Shown: positions 1 through 10,148 of the stretch, piece after piece | Layout of the letters: every line of letters starts with the position of its first letter | How positions within the stretch are numbered: the stretch's first letter is position 1 | Assembly (NCBI GenBank): GCA_011523395.1 | Contig: WTGW01000006.1 | Location: 1 to 59,550 of the forward strand | Length of the DNA stretch: 59,550 nt | Direction: 5' to 3' | From: Acidimicrobiia bacterium | GTDB lineage: Bacteria; Actinomycetota; Acidimicrobiia; Spongiisociales; Spongiisociaceae | Position numbers and translations under genes: made by a program | The notes under the pieces: model-generated | What the model was told of the DNA's origin: nothing | What the model saw: only the letters and a program-made list of their open reading frames with translations | Database searches by the model: none

Positions 1-2
1 TC

Positions 3-1268
3 GAGGTCACCGAGGTGGGCGAGGACACCGTTCTGGCCGAGGTGGTACGGATAGTGGAGCGGTCCCGGGCCACCAAGGCGCCGATCCAGCGCCTGGCGGA
101 CCGGGTATCGGGCGTCTTCGTCCCGGTGGTGGTGGTCGTGGCCGCGGCCACGCTCATCGGATGGCTGGTCGCGACCGGAGACTGGGCGGACGCGCTGCGG
201 AGCGCGGTGGCGGTGCTGATCATCGCCTGCCCCTGCGCGCTCGGCCTGGCGACCCCCACGGCTATCGCGGTCGGGGCGGGACGGGGCGCCGAGCTCGGCG
301 TGATATTCCGCTCGGCCGAGGTGTTCGAGCGGATGGAGAAGCTGGAACGGGTGGCGCTCGACAAGACCGGCACGCTTACTACCGGGCAGATGACCCTCCA
401 CTCGGTGGAGTCCGACCATCCCGACTTCCTTGCCCGTGTGGCGGGCGTGGAGGCCGGCACCGGGCACCCGCTGGGCCGGGCGGTGGAGGCCGGGGCGATC
501 GAGCGAGGCGTCCAGCCCTCCAAGGCCCGCGACGTCAGCGTGTTCCCCGGCATGGGAGCGGAGGGCACTGTCGACGGCACGGTCGTGACAGTGGGAACGT
601 CCGATCTGATGGAGAGACGCGGGATGGCGGTGGGCGCCCGCTGGACCGAGGCGTTGGAGCGGGCCGGAGGCCGGGGTCGGACCGCCTTCCTGGCCGGTTG
701 GGACGGCGCCGTCCACGGCGTGATGACGGTCAGCGACACCCCCCGATCATCATCGGCCGGCGCCATCGCCGCTTTGAACGAGCGGCAGTTCACGACAGCC
801 ATGCTCACCGGAGACGCCCCCACCGCCGCCCGGGTGGTGGCGGACCAGCTGGGTATCACGGAGGTGCATGCCCGCCTCTCGCCGCAGCAGAAAGCCAACC
901 TCATAGAGTCCTGGCAGGGCGAAGGCCAGGCCGTGGCATTCGTCGGGGACGGCGTCAACGACGCTCCGGCGCTGGCGGTGGCGTCGGTCGGAATGGGGAT
1001 CGGCACCGGCAGCGACCTGGCCATCGAGACCGCCGACGTGAGCCTGATGTCGGGCAATCCGGCGCTGGCGGTGACCGCCATCGACCTGGCGCGACGCATC
1101 CTGCGCGGCATCCGGCAGAACCTCTGGTGGGCCTTCGCCTACAACGTGGCGGCCATCCCCCTGGCTGCCGCCGGGCTGCTCGACCCGATGGTTGCCTCCG
1201 TAGCCATGGCGCTGTCCAGCGTTTCCGTGGTGGCCAACAGCCTCCGCATGAGGAACTGGTCCCCCTAG
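3..1268 (+). CDS. copA: Heavy-metal (Cu+-type) P1B ATPase, 5'-truncated by the window edge
   Basis: CPC in TM6, DKTGT phosphorylation motif, HP motif, GDGVNDAP hinge, YN and MxxSS motifs of P1B-1 copper pumps. Confidence 0.9.
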   Translation, partial: EVTEVGEDTVLAEVVRIVERSRATKAPIQRLADRVSGVFVPVVVVVAAATLIGWLVATGDWADALRSAVAVLIIACPCALGLATPTAIAVGAGRGAELGVIFRSAEVFERMEKLERVALDKTGTLTTGQMTLHSVESDHPDFLARVAGVEAGTGHPLGRAVEAGAIERGVQPSKARDVSVFPGMGAEGTVDGTVVTVGTSDLMERRGMAVGARWTEALERAGGRGRTAFLAGWDGAVHGVMTVSDTPRSSSAGAIAALNERQFTTAMLTGDAPTAARVVADQLGITEVHARLSPQQKANLIESWQGEGQAVAFVGDGVNDAPALAVASVGMGIGTGSDLAIETADVSLMSGNPALAVTAIDLARRILRGIRQNLWWAFAYNVAAIPLAAAGLLDPMVASVAMALSSVSVVANSLRMRNWSP

Positions 1269-1312
1269 CGGGGGCTTCCGCTTTATGACTCCCCTCGCTA
1301 CGATTCCTTAGC

Positions 1313-2158
1313 GTGGCGTCCGATGTCGAGTGGCTCGAGGAGCATTCGCTACGTGATCCGGTAGCGGTACTGGCCTTCGAGGGCTGGAATGACGCTTCCG
1401 ACGCCGCCACCCGGGTGCTCTACTACCTCATGGAGCACCACGACGTCACTCCGTTGGCTCGGCTCGATCTCGAGGACTACGTCAACTACCAGGAGTCCCG
1501 GCCGCTGGTCACGCTGGAGGGGCGGTTACGGAACATCCGCTGGCCCACGGTCGGCTTCTTCGGCCTCGCCATTCCCGATCACTCCCATGACCTGGTGCTG
1601 ATCCTCGGAGAGGAGCCGCACCTGCGGTGGCGCCGGTTCTGCCTTGACGTAGCTTCCGTGCTCCGGCAGTTGGGAGTCCGCCAGGCCGTGGCCCTCGGAG
1701 CGTTCGTCGGCGAGATCGCCCACACGCTCCCGGTGCCGATCTTCGGAAGCTCCTCGGATCCCAACTTCGCCGACCGGTTCGGATTGCACGCCTCCGCCTA
1801 CGAAGGGCCGACCGGCATCACCGGGGTCATCACCAAGGCACTCGAGGACGAGGGCATCGAGGCGGCGGGCATGTGGGCCGGCATACCCCACTATCTGGCG
1901 GCTAACCCCAGCCCTACCGGGACCCGGGCCCTCCTTTACGCGCTTGGCGACGTGATCGGGCGGCGCTTCGACGTCAAGGAGTTGGATGAGGAGGTGGCCG
2001 ACTACGAGGCGCGGGTGCAGGAGGCGATCGCCGGATCCAGCGAGCTGGTCGGATACGTCCGGGGCCTGGAGGCGGAGAGCGAGAAGCGCGCCATATCGCT
2101 GACGGGTAGCCGCCGGCTGGTGGAGGAGATCGAGCGCTTCCTGCGCAACCCGAACTAG
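1313..2158 (+). CDS. PAC2 family (proteasome assembly chaperone-like) protein
   Basis: AFEGWNDA, EPHLRW, YEGPTGI and PHY motifs typical of actinobacterial PAC2 proteins. Confidence 0.85.
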   Translation: MASDVEWLEEHSLRDPVAVLAFEGWNDASDAATRVLYYLMEHHDVTPLARLDLEDYVNYQESRPLVTLEGRLRNIRWPTVGFFGLAIPDHSHDLVLILGEEPHLRWRRFCLDVASVLRQLGVRQAVALGAFVGEIAHTLPVPIFGSSSDPNFADRFGLHASAYEGPTGITGVITKALEDEGIEAAGMWAGIPHYLAANPSPTGTRALLYALGDVIGRRFDVKELDEEVADYEARVQEAIAGSSELVGYVRGLEAESEKRAISLTGSRRLVEEIERFLRNPN

Positions 2159-2189
2159 TTTCTAGTTTCTAGTCGCTAGTTTGTAGTCA
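2155..2189. repeat. Heptamer tandem array (CTAGTTT-like, 5 copies)
   Basis: ctagttt ctagttt ctagtcg ctagttt gtagtca. Confidence 0.75.
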
Positions 2190-2429
2190 GTTATAGTATG
2201 AATAACTAGTTTTATTTGCGTCATTTGTCGGTTCGCGTGGTGCACCACACCGATGTACGGCAGGCCACGTCGACGTCATGAATTGCTGGTGGCCCCTGTA
2301 CGCCCAGGGGGCATGTCACGCGCAGGCAGGACCGGAGTTGCCGAGAATTCAGAACCCCAGTCCAGGAGACCAAGACCCCTACTTCCAATCACCGTACAGA
2401 CCTCTCATCCATGAAAAATTGGGGCTATC

Positions 2430-2457
2430 AACTAACAACTAGTAACTAGCAACTAAC
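2430..2457. repeat. Heptamer tandem array (AACTAGC-like, 4 copies), inverted relative to 2155-2189
   Basis: aactaac aactagt aactagc aactaac, approximately the reverse complement of the upstream array. Confidence 0.75.
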
Positions 2458-2523
2458 CTTCCGGCTTGCGGCCAACCCGTCCAGCGACAACAATCGGGGC
2501 CTGTATCGGAACAAGGATGTGTA

Positions 2524-2616
2524 TTGGGCTCGCTGGTTAAGAAACGCCGCAAAAAAATGAGCAAGCACAAGTATCGCAAGCGGATCAAGGCTAACCGCCA
2601 CAAGAAGAAGCAGTAG
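2524..2616 (+). CDS. 30S ribosomal protein bS22 (AURKAIP1/COX24/DUF1713 family), 30 aa, missing from the ORF track
   Basis: TTG start with AAGGA 6 nt upstream; MGSLVKKRRKKMSKHKYRKRIKANRHKKKQ matches the actinobacterial bS22 pattern MGSVIKKRRKRMSK. Confidence 0.9.
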   Translation: MGSLVKKRRKKMSKHKYRKRIKANRHKKKQ

Positions 2617-2677
2617 GTTCGCCTCAGGGGGTACTGGAAGGGCGAGGATGTACTCCCGCCCGGCCAAGTGAATGTTT

Positions 2678-2815
2678 CTAGGGGGTCGACTCCGGCCGGT
2701 AGTAGCGCCGGATCGCCCAGCCGACCACCGCGACGACGAAGCCGCTGGACGGGTTACCGCCGATGATGGCCAGAGCCAGGCCGTAGACGATCGCGACGGT
2801 GCCAAGCATGCGCAT
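2678..2815 (-). CDS. Possible small membrane protein (45 aa) or gene fragment
   Basis: MRMLGTVAIVYGLALAIIGGNPSSGFVVAVVGWAIRRYYRPESTP: two hydrophobic stretches and GC-ending codons; RBS spacing is poor. Confidence 0.35.
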   Translation of the reverse strand: MRMLGTVAIVYGLALAIIGGNPSSGFVVAVVGWAIRRYYRPESTP

Positions 2816-2926
2816 CGTGGTTAGAACAGTGCTCCTCGGGTCATCGGTCTACCTGTGTCGGGATTGTCCGCGGTAACCGGACTAGGGCGCTGGTGCCCCT
2901 ATCGCTCAGCCGATCGAGACGCGAAC

Positions 2927-3772
2927 CTAGCCGGCGCCTGTGACATCCGGCTGCAGCACCATCGCCTTGCCCTCGCCGCGCAGGACAGCAGCGAGAGCTT
3001 CCTCCACCGTGGACACGTGGTCTCGCCGGGCCAGGCTGAGGATTGAGGGGCCGGCGCCCGACAGGCAGGCGTACACAGCTCCTGCTTCGAGGGCGACTTC
3101 CATCAGCCGGGCCGGTACCGGGTAGCTGGCCAGGCGGGCCGTCTCGTGGATCTCGTCGCCGCCGGCGTTGTCGAGTATCTCCTGCGAACCGGTGCGCAGC
3201 CCCTCGATCAGCGCGGTGAGCCGTCCGAGGGTGCGAACCGCCACGTCCAGGGGGACGCAATCCGGTACCACCTTGCGGGAGTCGCTGGTGGGGATCTCGA
3301 AGTCGGGGACCACCAGTACCGGCACCAGGTCGGGTGACAGTGAGTGGTGCACCACCCATCCTTGGGCCACCGACACCAGACCCCCGTATACGGCGGCGGC
3401 GGCGTTGTCGGGGTGGCCCTCCAGGTACTTGACGTACTGGAACAGCTCGTCGTGGGTCGGATCCTTGCCGTTGGCGCGCAAGGCGGCCAGGGTGCCGGCG
3501 GTGAAGGCGGCCGCGCTCGATCCCAGGCCGCTGCAAAGAGGCACGTGGTTGGCGATCTCCATCCGGAGCGGACGGTCGCTCACCGCACGAGCCGCCGCCA
3601 GGACGGCGTCGCGGTCCTCATCACCCAGGTAGGGCTCGGGTCCCACGTGCCGGGTGGACCACGAGCCGGCAACTTCGGCGGTCACCCGGCACCGCAGGTC
3701 GAGCGCCAAAGCCATGGTGTCGAAGCCCGGCCCCAGGTTGGCGGAGGAGGCCGGGGCGGAGGCGGTGCTCAT
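2927..3772 (-). CDS. thrB: Homoserine kinase
   Basis: PASSANLGPGFD, GLGSSAA GHMP motif, EGHPDN, SGAGP. Confidence 0.95.
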   Translation of the reverse strand: MSTASAPASSANLGPGFDTMALALDLRCRVTAEVAGSWSTRHVGPEPYLGDEDRDAVLAAARAVSDRPLRMEIANHVPLCSGLGSSAAAFTAGTLAALRANGKDPTHDELFQYVKYLEGHPDNAAAAVYGGLVSVAQGWVVHHSLSPDLVPVLVVPDFEIPTSDSRKVVPDCVPLDVAVRTLGRLTALIEGLRTGSQEILDNAGGDEIHETARLASYPVPARLMEVALEAGAVYACLSGAGPSILSLARRDHVSTVEEALAAVLRGEGKAMVLQPDVTGAG

Positions 3773-4677
3773 GATCCGATGTCGATCTCGACGAAGATGT
3801 TCCCGGCCGCCGGCAGTGCGATCCGGATGGCATCCTCGACATCCTCGATGGTCTGGTGGACCTCTTTACCGGAGAGGCCTTCCACCAACTCGACATCGAG
3901 GTTGACCAGGATGTCCTCGGGACCCATGTGCATGGTGAGCAGGCGGTCCACGCCGGTGACGTTGGCGTGGGCCAGCACGCGTGCCCGGATGGTGGCCCGG
4001 TCCCGGCGTCCGGCTGCTTCCCCGATCAGCAGTCCCTTGATTTCGAAGGCCAGGAAGAACGCCACGCAGGCCAGCAGCACTCCGATCAGGATCGACGCGA
4101 GGGCGTCCCAGATGGGGTCGCCGGTGAGATGGGAGGCGATCACGCCCGCCAGCGCGACGCTCAGCCCGCCGACCGCGGCGCTGTCCTCGAACAGGACGAC
4201 CAGCAGGGCGGCGTCCTTGGTGTCGCGCAGGGTGCGCCACAGGGCCCGCGAGCCCCGGACCCGGTTGAACTCCCGCGCCGCCACCGTCCAGGGGATGGCC
4301 TCGAAGAGGATCGCCCCCCCGAGGACAGCCACGGAGATACCGAAGCTCTCTATGGCATGGGGATGCCGGAGGGCGTTGACGCCGTGCTGGATGGAGAACA
4401 CGGCGCCGCCCACGAACAGCATGACCGCCACCATGAAGCTCCAGAAGTAGACCTCCTTGCCCCGCCCGAACGGATGGCGCTGCCCGCCGGCGCGTTTGGC
4501 GACCGTCATGCCCCACAACAGCATCCCCTGGTTACCGGAGTCGGCCACCGAGTGGATCGCCTCGGCCAGCATCGCCGCCGACCCGGTGATGGCGGCCGCT
4601 ATGAACTTGGCTACCGCGATGGCCGAGTTGGCGGCCAGCGCGGCGACTACAGCGAGACGGGAGCCTTGGGAAGCCAT
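3769..4677 (-). CDS. Cation diffusion facilitator family transporter
   Basis: AEAIHSVADSGNQ, HPFGRGKE, FEDSAA; multiple TM helices. Confidence 0.9.
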   Translation of the reverse strand: MASQGSRLAVVAALAANSAIAVAKFIAAAITGSAAMLAEAIHSVADSGNQGMLLWGMTVAKRAGGQRHPFGRGKEVYFWSFMVAVMLFVGGAVFSIQHGVNALRHPHAIESFGISVAVLGGAILFEAIPWTVAAREFNRVRGSRALWRTLRDTKDAALLVVLFEDSAAVGGLSVALAGVIASHLTGDPIWDALASILIGVLLACVAFFLAFEIKGLLIGEAAGRRDRATIRARVLAHANVTGVDRLLTMHMGPEDILVNLDVELVEGLSGKEVHQTIEDVEDAIRIALPAAGNIFVEIDIGS

Positions 4678-4741
4678 TCGGGTGCCAGTGTACGAGGTCG
4701 TGGGCTCCTCAGCACCGCAGCAGGGCTACGGTAAGCAGGTC

Positions 4742-4957
4742 ATGGCGGACATTCTCGGGTTGGACGCCCTGCTGGGGCAGATGATGACCGCGCTAGGTCT
4801 GGCGATGGTGGCGGGGAACGGTTTCGCCATGTGGAAACACGCCCGCGGTCAGGCTCCCGAGGGCGCCAAGGGCGCTTACCGGCCGGGGCGGGTTCGCTTC
4901 CTGCTGGGGATCGGCCTGGTGATCAGCATCTGGGGCCTGGCCGGGATGTTGACCTGA
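4742..4957 (+). CDS. Small two-TM hypothetical membrane protein
   Basis: ATG at 4742 (MADILGLDALL...); two hydrophobic segments; upstream part of the longer ORF is antisense to the CDF gene. Confidence 0.6.
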   Translation: MADILGLDALLGQMMTALGLAMVAGNGFAMWKHARGQAPEGAKGAYRPGRVRFLLGIGLVISIWGLAGMLT

Positions 4958-5047
4958 TCCGACGGCGTGGTGGAAAGGTCCAACTCATATGACACCCACG
5001 TTGATGGACCACTACCATCGCGCCGGGCCGGTACGTCTAGCTCACCG

Positions 5048-5118
5048 GCGGGTGTAGTTCAGTGGTAGAACATCAGCTTCCCAAGCTGAGAACGGGGGTT
5101 CGATTCCCCTCACCCGCT
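5048..5118 (+). tRNA. tRNA-Gly (anticodon CCC)
   Basis: GCGGGTG/CACCCGC acceptor stem, TCAGC-TTCCCAA-GCTGA anticodon arm, GGTTCGATTCC T arm; 3' CCA not encoded (TCCC follows). Confidence 0.95.
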
Positions 5119-5169
5119 CCCTTCCCTTGACGCGCTGATTCCATCGCTCAGCAACCTGGGAGCAGAGCG

Positions 5170-5733
5170 GTGATACTTTCGGACCGGGACATCAAAGCTG
5201 CCATCGAGGCGGAACGCATCGGGATCGATCCCTACGATCCCGAGAACGTCCAGCCCTCGTCGATCGACCTGCGGGTGGATCGTTTCTTCCGGGTGTTCGA
5301 GAACCACCTCTACCCGTACATCGATCCCAAGACGGCCCAGCCCGACCTCACCCAGGAAAGGGCGGTCAGCCCTGACGGCCGCTTCATCCTCCACCCCGGC
5401 AAGTTCGTGCTCGGGGCCACCCTCGAGCGGATCCACCTGCCCGACGACCTCGTGGCCCGGCTCGAGGGCAAGTCCAGCCTGGGCCGGATCGGCCTGCTGA
5501 TCCATTCCACCGCCGGGTTCGTGGATCCCGGCTTCAACGGTTTCCTGACCCTCGAACTGGCCAACGTGGCCAACCTGCCGATCGCCATCTATCCAGGAAT
5601 GCTGATCGGACAGATCAGCTTCTATGAGCTCTCCAGCCCGGCGGAGCACCCCTACGGCTCGCTGTGGGCGGGGTCCAAGTACCAGGGCCAGCGCGGCCCT
5701 ACCGCATCCCGGGTCCACGAGAACTTCCGCTAG
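5170..5733 (+). CDS. dcd: dCTP deaminase
   Basis: [36 protein letters not shown]. Confidence 0.95.
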   Translation: MILSDRDIKAAIEAERIGIDPYDPENVQPSSIDLRVDRFFRVFENHLYPYIDPKTAQPDLTQERAVSPDGRFILHPGKFVLGATLERIHLPDDLVARLEGKSSLGRIGLLIHSTAGFVDPGFNGFLTLELANVANLPIAIYPGMLIGQISFYELSSPAEHPYGSLWAGSKYQGQRGPTASRVHENFR

Positions 5734-5747
5734 GAGCTGTTAACGGA

Positions 5748-7193
5748 TCAGAGCAGGGTCTCCGGCCGGTACGTCGCCGCGTGTGGATGGGCGTCGACCA
5801 CCCCCGCGACCGCCCTGGCAACACTGTCCACCTGCGAGCCTGCCCGCCCCGCCAGACCGTCGCCGGTGGCCGCCTCTCGGATCTGAACCGTGTCCAGGGG
5901 GAACGCCGGGTCGTCGCCGAGCGATGCCCAGAGGTCGTGGTCGTCCCCATCCCGGCGGGCGGTAGCCGCCCTTAGGGCATGGGACCGGATGACCCGGTGG
6001 GCCTGCTCCCGGCCCATCCCCGCCGCGACCGCCGCCAGCAGGACCCGGGTAGTGGACAGGAACGGCAGCTCGGCGGCCAGTTCCTCCTCCACCGGCACGG
6101 GAAACACCGCCATGTCGCGCACCACGTGCAGGGCGGCCTCCAGCAACCCGTCGGTGGCGAAGAAGGAGTCGGGGAGCATCACCCGCCGTACTACGGAGTC
6201 GCTGACATCGCCCTCGTTCCACTGGTGCCCTGACAGTCCGGCGGCCATTGCCAGGTAGCCGCCGAGAACGACGGCCAGCCCGTTGATCCGCTCGCAGGTC
6301 CGCATGTTCGTCTTGTGGGGCATGGCCGATGATCCCACCTGGCCGGACCGGAAACCCTCGGAGACCAGGTCGGCGCCGGCCATCAGCCGGAGGGTGGTTG
6401 CCAGGCTGGAGGGGCCGGCCACCAACTGGGCCAGCGTGGCCACCACCTCCAGGTCGAGCGATCTGGGATAGATCTGGCCCACCGAGACCAGGCGCCGGGA
6501 GAATCCCAGCCCGTCCGCCACCCTCGCCTCGAACCGGTCCACGGCCTCCTCGTTCCCGCCGAACAGGTCCAGGAGGTCCTGCTGTGTCCCTACCGGGCCC
6601 TTGATCGCCCTGAGGGGGTAGTCGGCGATCAGTGCCTCGAGCCGCCGGTAGGCGGCCAGGGTTTCCTCGGCGGCGGAGGCAAGGCGTTTCCCCACGGTGG
6701 TGGGCTGGGCCGGCACGTTGTGGCTGCGGCCCACCACGACCATGTCCCGGTACTCGGCTGCCCGGCCCGCCAGGGCGGCTAGCACCGCCACCGTCTTGTC
6801 CCGCAGCGTTTCGAGGGACCGCCGGATCAGCAGCTGCTCCACGTTCTCGGTGACGTCCCGGGAGGTGAGCCCCCGATGGATGTGCTCGTGGCCCGCCAGC
6901 GCGCAGAACTCCTCGATGCGGGCCGCGAGGTCGTGACGGGTGGCTTCCTCCCTCGACCGGATCGAGGCCAGGTCGACCTGATGGATGACCGCCCGGTAGT
7001 CGTCGACCACTCCTTCGGGCACCGGCACTCCCAGCTCGATCTGGGCCTCGAGGACCGCTACCCACAGCTCCCGCTCCATGACCACCCGACCCACCGGTGA
7101 CCAGAGGCGACGGATCTCGCTGCCGGCGTAGCGGGAGGCCAGGACATTGGGAACGTCGGACTGTCCGGAGAGATCCGCCGGGGTCGGTGCCAT
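5748..7193 (-). CDS. purB: Adenylosuccinate lyase
   Basis: PNVLASRY, TSRDVTEN, GSSAMPHKTN fumarase-superfamily signature; start moved to ATG 7193. Confidence 0.92.
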   Translation of the reverse strand: MAPTPADLSGQSDVPNVLASRYAGSEIRRLWSPVGRVVMERELWVAVLEAQIELGVPVPEGVVDDYRAVIHQVDLASIRSREEATRHDLAARIEEFCALAGHEHIHRGLTSRDVTENVEQLLIRRSLETLRDKTVAVLAALAGRAAEYRDMVVVGRSHNVPAQPTTVGKRLASAAEETLAAYRRLEALIADYPLRAIKGPVGTQQDLLDLFGGNEEAVDRFEARVADGLGFSRRLVSVGQIYPRSLDLEVVATLAQLVAGPSSLATTLRLMAGADLVSEGFRSGQVGSSAMPHKTNMRTCERINGLAVVLGGYLAMAAGLSGHQWNEGDVSDSVVRRVMLPDSFFATDGLLEAALHVVRDMAVFPVPVEEELAAELPFLSTTRVLLAAVAAGMGREQAHRVIRSHALRAATARRDGDDHDLWASLGDDPAFPLDTVQIREAATGDGLAGRAGSQVDSVARAVAGVVDAHPHAATYRPETLL

Positions 7194-7207
7194 CGTCTCG
7201 ACTCCGC

Positions 7208-8119
7208 TCAGGTCTCCGTCTCGGATGGGTCCCACTCCACCCCCGCCAGGCGGGCCAGGGCCAGGATCAGGGACTGGGTGCCCTTGCGCCCCAGCCCCTG
7301 GGCCTGGAGCGACACGTAGAGCTCGTGGGCCATGGCCAGACCGGGCGCCGGGAGCTTCATGGCAGCGGCCTCCCGCAGGGCGATTCCCATGTCCTTGACG
7401 AAGTGATCCACGAAGAAGCCCGGCTCGAAGTCGCCCCCGAGCATCCGGGGACCGTAGTTCGAGAGCGACCACGACCCGGCCGCCCCGCCGCTGACCGACC
7501 CCATCACCGTGTCGAGGTCGAGCCCGGCCTGCTGGCCGTAGAGCAACGCCTCGGACAACCCGATCATGCCGGTGGCGATCAGGATCTGGTTCACCGCCTT
7601 GGTGTGCTGGCCGGCGCCCGGCCCTCCCTGGCGGACGATGGTCTTGCCCATGGTCTCGAACACCGGCCGCACCTGCTCCACGGGGTCCGGGTCGCCGCCG
7701 ATCATGATCGACAATGTGCCGTTGCGGGCGCCTATGTCGCCCCCGCTCACCGGAGCGTCGATGGCCGCCACGCCCCGTTCGCCACAGGTGCCGGCGATCT
7801 CGATGGCGAGGGCGGGTTCGGAGGTGGTCATGTCCACCAGCACGTCGCCGGGCGAGGCGCCCTCCAGCAGGCCGTCCGGCCCGAGGAACACCTGGCGGAC
7901 ATCCTCGGGGAAGCCGACGATGGCGAACGACATCTCCGATGCGGCGGCCACCTCGGCGGGGGTGTCGGCCCAGGTGGCGCCGCGGGCGATCAAGGCCTCA
8001 GCCCTGGACCGGGTCCGAGTGGTCACCGTCACCGGATATCCGGCGTCCAGGACGTGCCCGCACATGGAGACGCCCATCACCCCGGTCCCGACCCAGCCGA
8101 TGGCAGGCTTTCCAGTCAC
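7208..8119 (-). CDS. NAD(P)-dependent oxidoreductase, 3-hydroxyisobutyrate dehydrogenase/tartronate semialdehyde reductase family
   Basis: GWVGTGVMG Rossmann motif, DAPVSGG, K-x-x-NQ; GTG start overlapping the upstream stop (GTGA). Confidence 0.9.
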   Translation of the reverse strand: MTGKPAIGWVGTGVMGVSMCGHVLDAGYPVTVTTRTRSRAEALIARGATWADTPAEVAAASEMSFAIVGFPEDVRQVFLGPDGLLEGASPGDVLVDMTTSEPALAIEIAGTCGERGVAAIDAPVSGGDIGARNGTLSIMIGGDPDPVEQVRPVFETMGKTIVRQGGPGAGQHTKAVNQILIATGMIGLSEALLYGQQAGLDLDTVMGSVSGGAAGSWSLSNYGPRMLGGDFEPGFFVDHFVKDMGIALREAAAMKLPAPGLAMAHELYVSLQAQGLGRKGTQSLILALARLAGVEWDPSETET

Positions 8120-9129
8120 GTTCCGCTCCTTTCGATGACCAGCTTGCCCTGATGATCCCCGGCCTTCATGCGGTTCAATGCCTCCGGCAGATCCTCGAAC
8201 GGGTAGACGCTGTCCACGAGCACAGGCAACTCGCCTCCGGCCACCCACTCCGACACCCGGGCGAAGTCCTCGTGGTCGAACATCGTGGAGCCGATGATCT
8301 CCAGGTGGCGGAAGAAGAGCGGCGGGACGCTGACTTCCACCTTGGGGCCGCTGGTGGATCCGCAGGTCACCAACCGGCCGCCCGGCGCCAACGACCGCAT
8401 CGACTGGCTCCAGGTGGCGGGTCCGACGTTCTCGAACACCACGTCGGCCTGCCGTCCCGCGGCTTGGCGGAGCTCCTTGGAGAACTCGCCTCCGGACGCG
8501 AACCCGCCCGCCGCGCCGAGCTGCACGGCCCGTTCGATCTTGGCCGGGTTCCGGGAGGTGACGTAGACCTCGGCGCCCATCAGGCGGCCGATCATCAGCC
8601 CGGCCGAGCTGACCCCTCCGCCGACCCCCACCACCAGCATCAGATGCCCGTCACGGAGGCGGGCGCGGCGCAGCATCCGGTAGGCGGTGGAGTAGGCCAA
8701 CCCGTAGGCCGCCGCCCGATCCCAGGGGAGGTGGTCCGGCTTGGGCGCGAGGTTGGTGGCCGGGACGACCACATAGTCGGCGAGCGTTCCCCAGGAGTGC
8801 TCGCCCAGCACTCCGAGCTTCCCTCCGAAGGGTATGTGGTCGGTGGTGGGGGCGTAGCCGAGGCTCGGGTTGACGATCACCTCGACGCCCGGCGCCCATC
8901 CGTCCACACCGTCACCCACCGCGTCCACCACCCCGGCGCCGTCCCCGCCTGGCACATGAGGGAAGTGCTTGGGCGCGGGCAGGCCCATCGACATCCACAG
9001 GTCGAGGCGGTTGAGCGCGGACGCCACCAGCCTCACCCTCACCTGGCCCGGCCCTGGAACGGGCGTTTCCACCTCCGCCAGCGTGTAGGAGGAAGGCCCC
9101 CGCGTGTCGTTCAGAATCCATGCTCGCAT
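8116..9129 (-). CDS. Medium-chain dehydrogenase/quinone oxidoreductase family protein
   Basis: [22 protein letters not shown] nucleotide-binding motif, GKLVI C-terminus. Confidence 0.88.
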   Translation of the reverse strand: MRAWILNDTRGPSSYTLAEVETPVPGPGQVRVRLVASALNRLDLWMSMGLPAPKHFPHVPGGDGAGVVDAVGDGVDGWAPGVEVIVNPSLGYAPTTDHIPFGGKLGVLGEHSWGTLADYVVVPATNLAPKPDHLPWDRAAAYGLAYSTAYRMLRRARLRDGHLMLVVGVGGGVSSAGLMIGRLMGAEVYVTSRNPAKIERAVQLGAAGGFASGGEFSKELRQAAGRQADVVFENVGPATWSQSMRSLAPGGRLVTCGSTSGPKVEVSVPPLFFRHLEIIGSTMFDHEDFARVSEWVAGGELPVLVDSVYPFEDLPEALNRMKAGDHQGKLVIERSGT

Positions 9130-9139
9130 GGGGCCAAGG

Positions 9140-9306
9140 CTAGTGGTCGGTCTGCGAACAACCGGGTGCTCTGGCGGCCATCGGCGCCCCGTCGCTGCGT
9201 TCCGCTTCCTCTACGTACCGCTGCGGGTACGCCTTCGTCAGCGGGCCTTGCGAGGAACACCGCTGCCTCGCCATACCACACCGCCATTCCACAGACAGAC
9301 CACTAG
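9140..9306. mobile_element. MITE-like element, 167 bp, CTAG-ended terminal inverted repeats
   Basis: Left end CTAGTGGTCGGTCTG versus right end (revcomp) CTAGTGGTCTGTCTG, 14/15 match; no credible ORF; internal stem-loop. Confidence 0.7.
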
Positions 9307-9350
9307 ACCGCGACCATGGCGGCGTTGCCACCTGATGCCGAACAGTCAGG

Positions 9351-10148
9351 CTACGTCCAGCCGAAGTGGTCGATGGGGCCTTCGCCGCGGCCCAGGTCCC
9401 ATCCGGCGGCGCCGGTGATGGCGCGCGACACCCAGGCTCGGGCGTCGGCGATGGCCACGATCAGGTCGGCGCCGGTGGCCAGGCGGGCCGCTATGGAGGC
9501 CGACAGCGCATCCCCGGTTCCGTGGACGTTACGCGACCGCACCCGGCGTCCCGGGAGTGCATGGGTCCGGACCCCGTCCGAGAACACGTCCAGGAGAGGC
9601 TTGTCGTCAGCCATCCGGCCGCCGGTCACCAGGAAGGGTGTCCGGGTGGTGCGGGCGAGGAACTCTGCCGCGGCCCGCTGGTCCCGTTCGTTCTCGACAG
9701 GTCGGCCAGCCAGTAGCGCAGCCTCCCGATGGTTGGGGGTGGCCAGGCGGGCGGTCGGGATCAGGGCTTCGCGGTAGGCGGCGACGGTCGCACGATCCGC
9801 CAGCGATCTGCCGTCTCGATCCACCAGAACCGGGTCGATCACCAGGTTGGGCAGCCGGGCCGCCAGGTCAGCCACCAGCCGGACCACCTCGGGCCGGCCC
9901 AGGAGACCCGTCTTGGTGGCGTCGGGCGGCAGGTCGGTGGCGACCGCGTCCAACTGGGCCGAGATCATCTCGACGGGTACTTGCTCGGCCCGGGTCACCC
10001 CCCGGGTGTTCTGCGCGGTGACGGTGGTGATCACCGTGGTGGCGAACACGCCGTGCGCCGACAGCGTCTTGAGGTCGGCCTGGATCCCGGCGCCGGCCCC
10101 GGAGTCGCTGCCGCCGATCGTCATCACCGTCTTGGGGGTATCTGTCAT
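9351..10148 (-). CDS. thiD: Hydroxymethylpyrimidine/phosphomethylpyrimidine kinase
   Basis: [24 protein letters not shown], TPNxxEA, HGTGD. Confidence 0.93.
   Translation of the reverse strand: MTDTPKTVMTIGGSDSGAGAGIQADLKTLSAHGVFATTVITTVTAQNTRGVTRAEQVPVEMISAQLDAVATDLPPDATKTGLLGRPEVVRLVADLAARLPNLVIDPVLVDRDGRSLADRATVAAYREALIPTARLATPNHREAALLAGRPVENERDQRAAAEFLARTTRTPFLVTGGRMADDKPLLDVFSDGVRTHALPGRRVRSRNVHGTGDALSASIAARLATGADLIVAIADARAWVSRAITGAAGWDLGRGEGPIDHFGWT

Noticed and set aside
5048-5118. tRNA-Gly as an integration site
   Set aside because: No integrase nearby and no duplicated tRNA 3' end noticed; the flanking genes are housekeeping.
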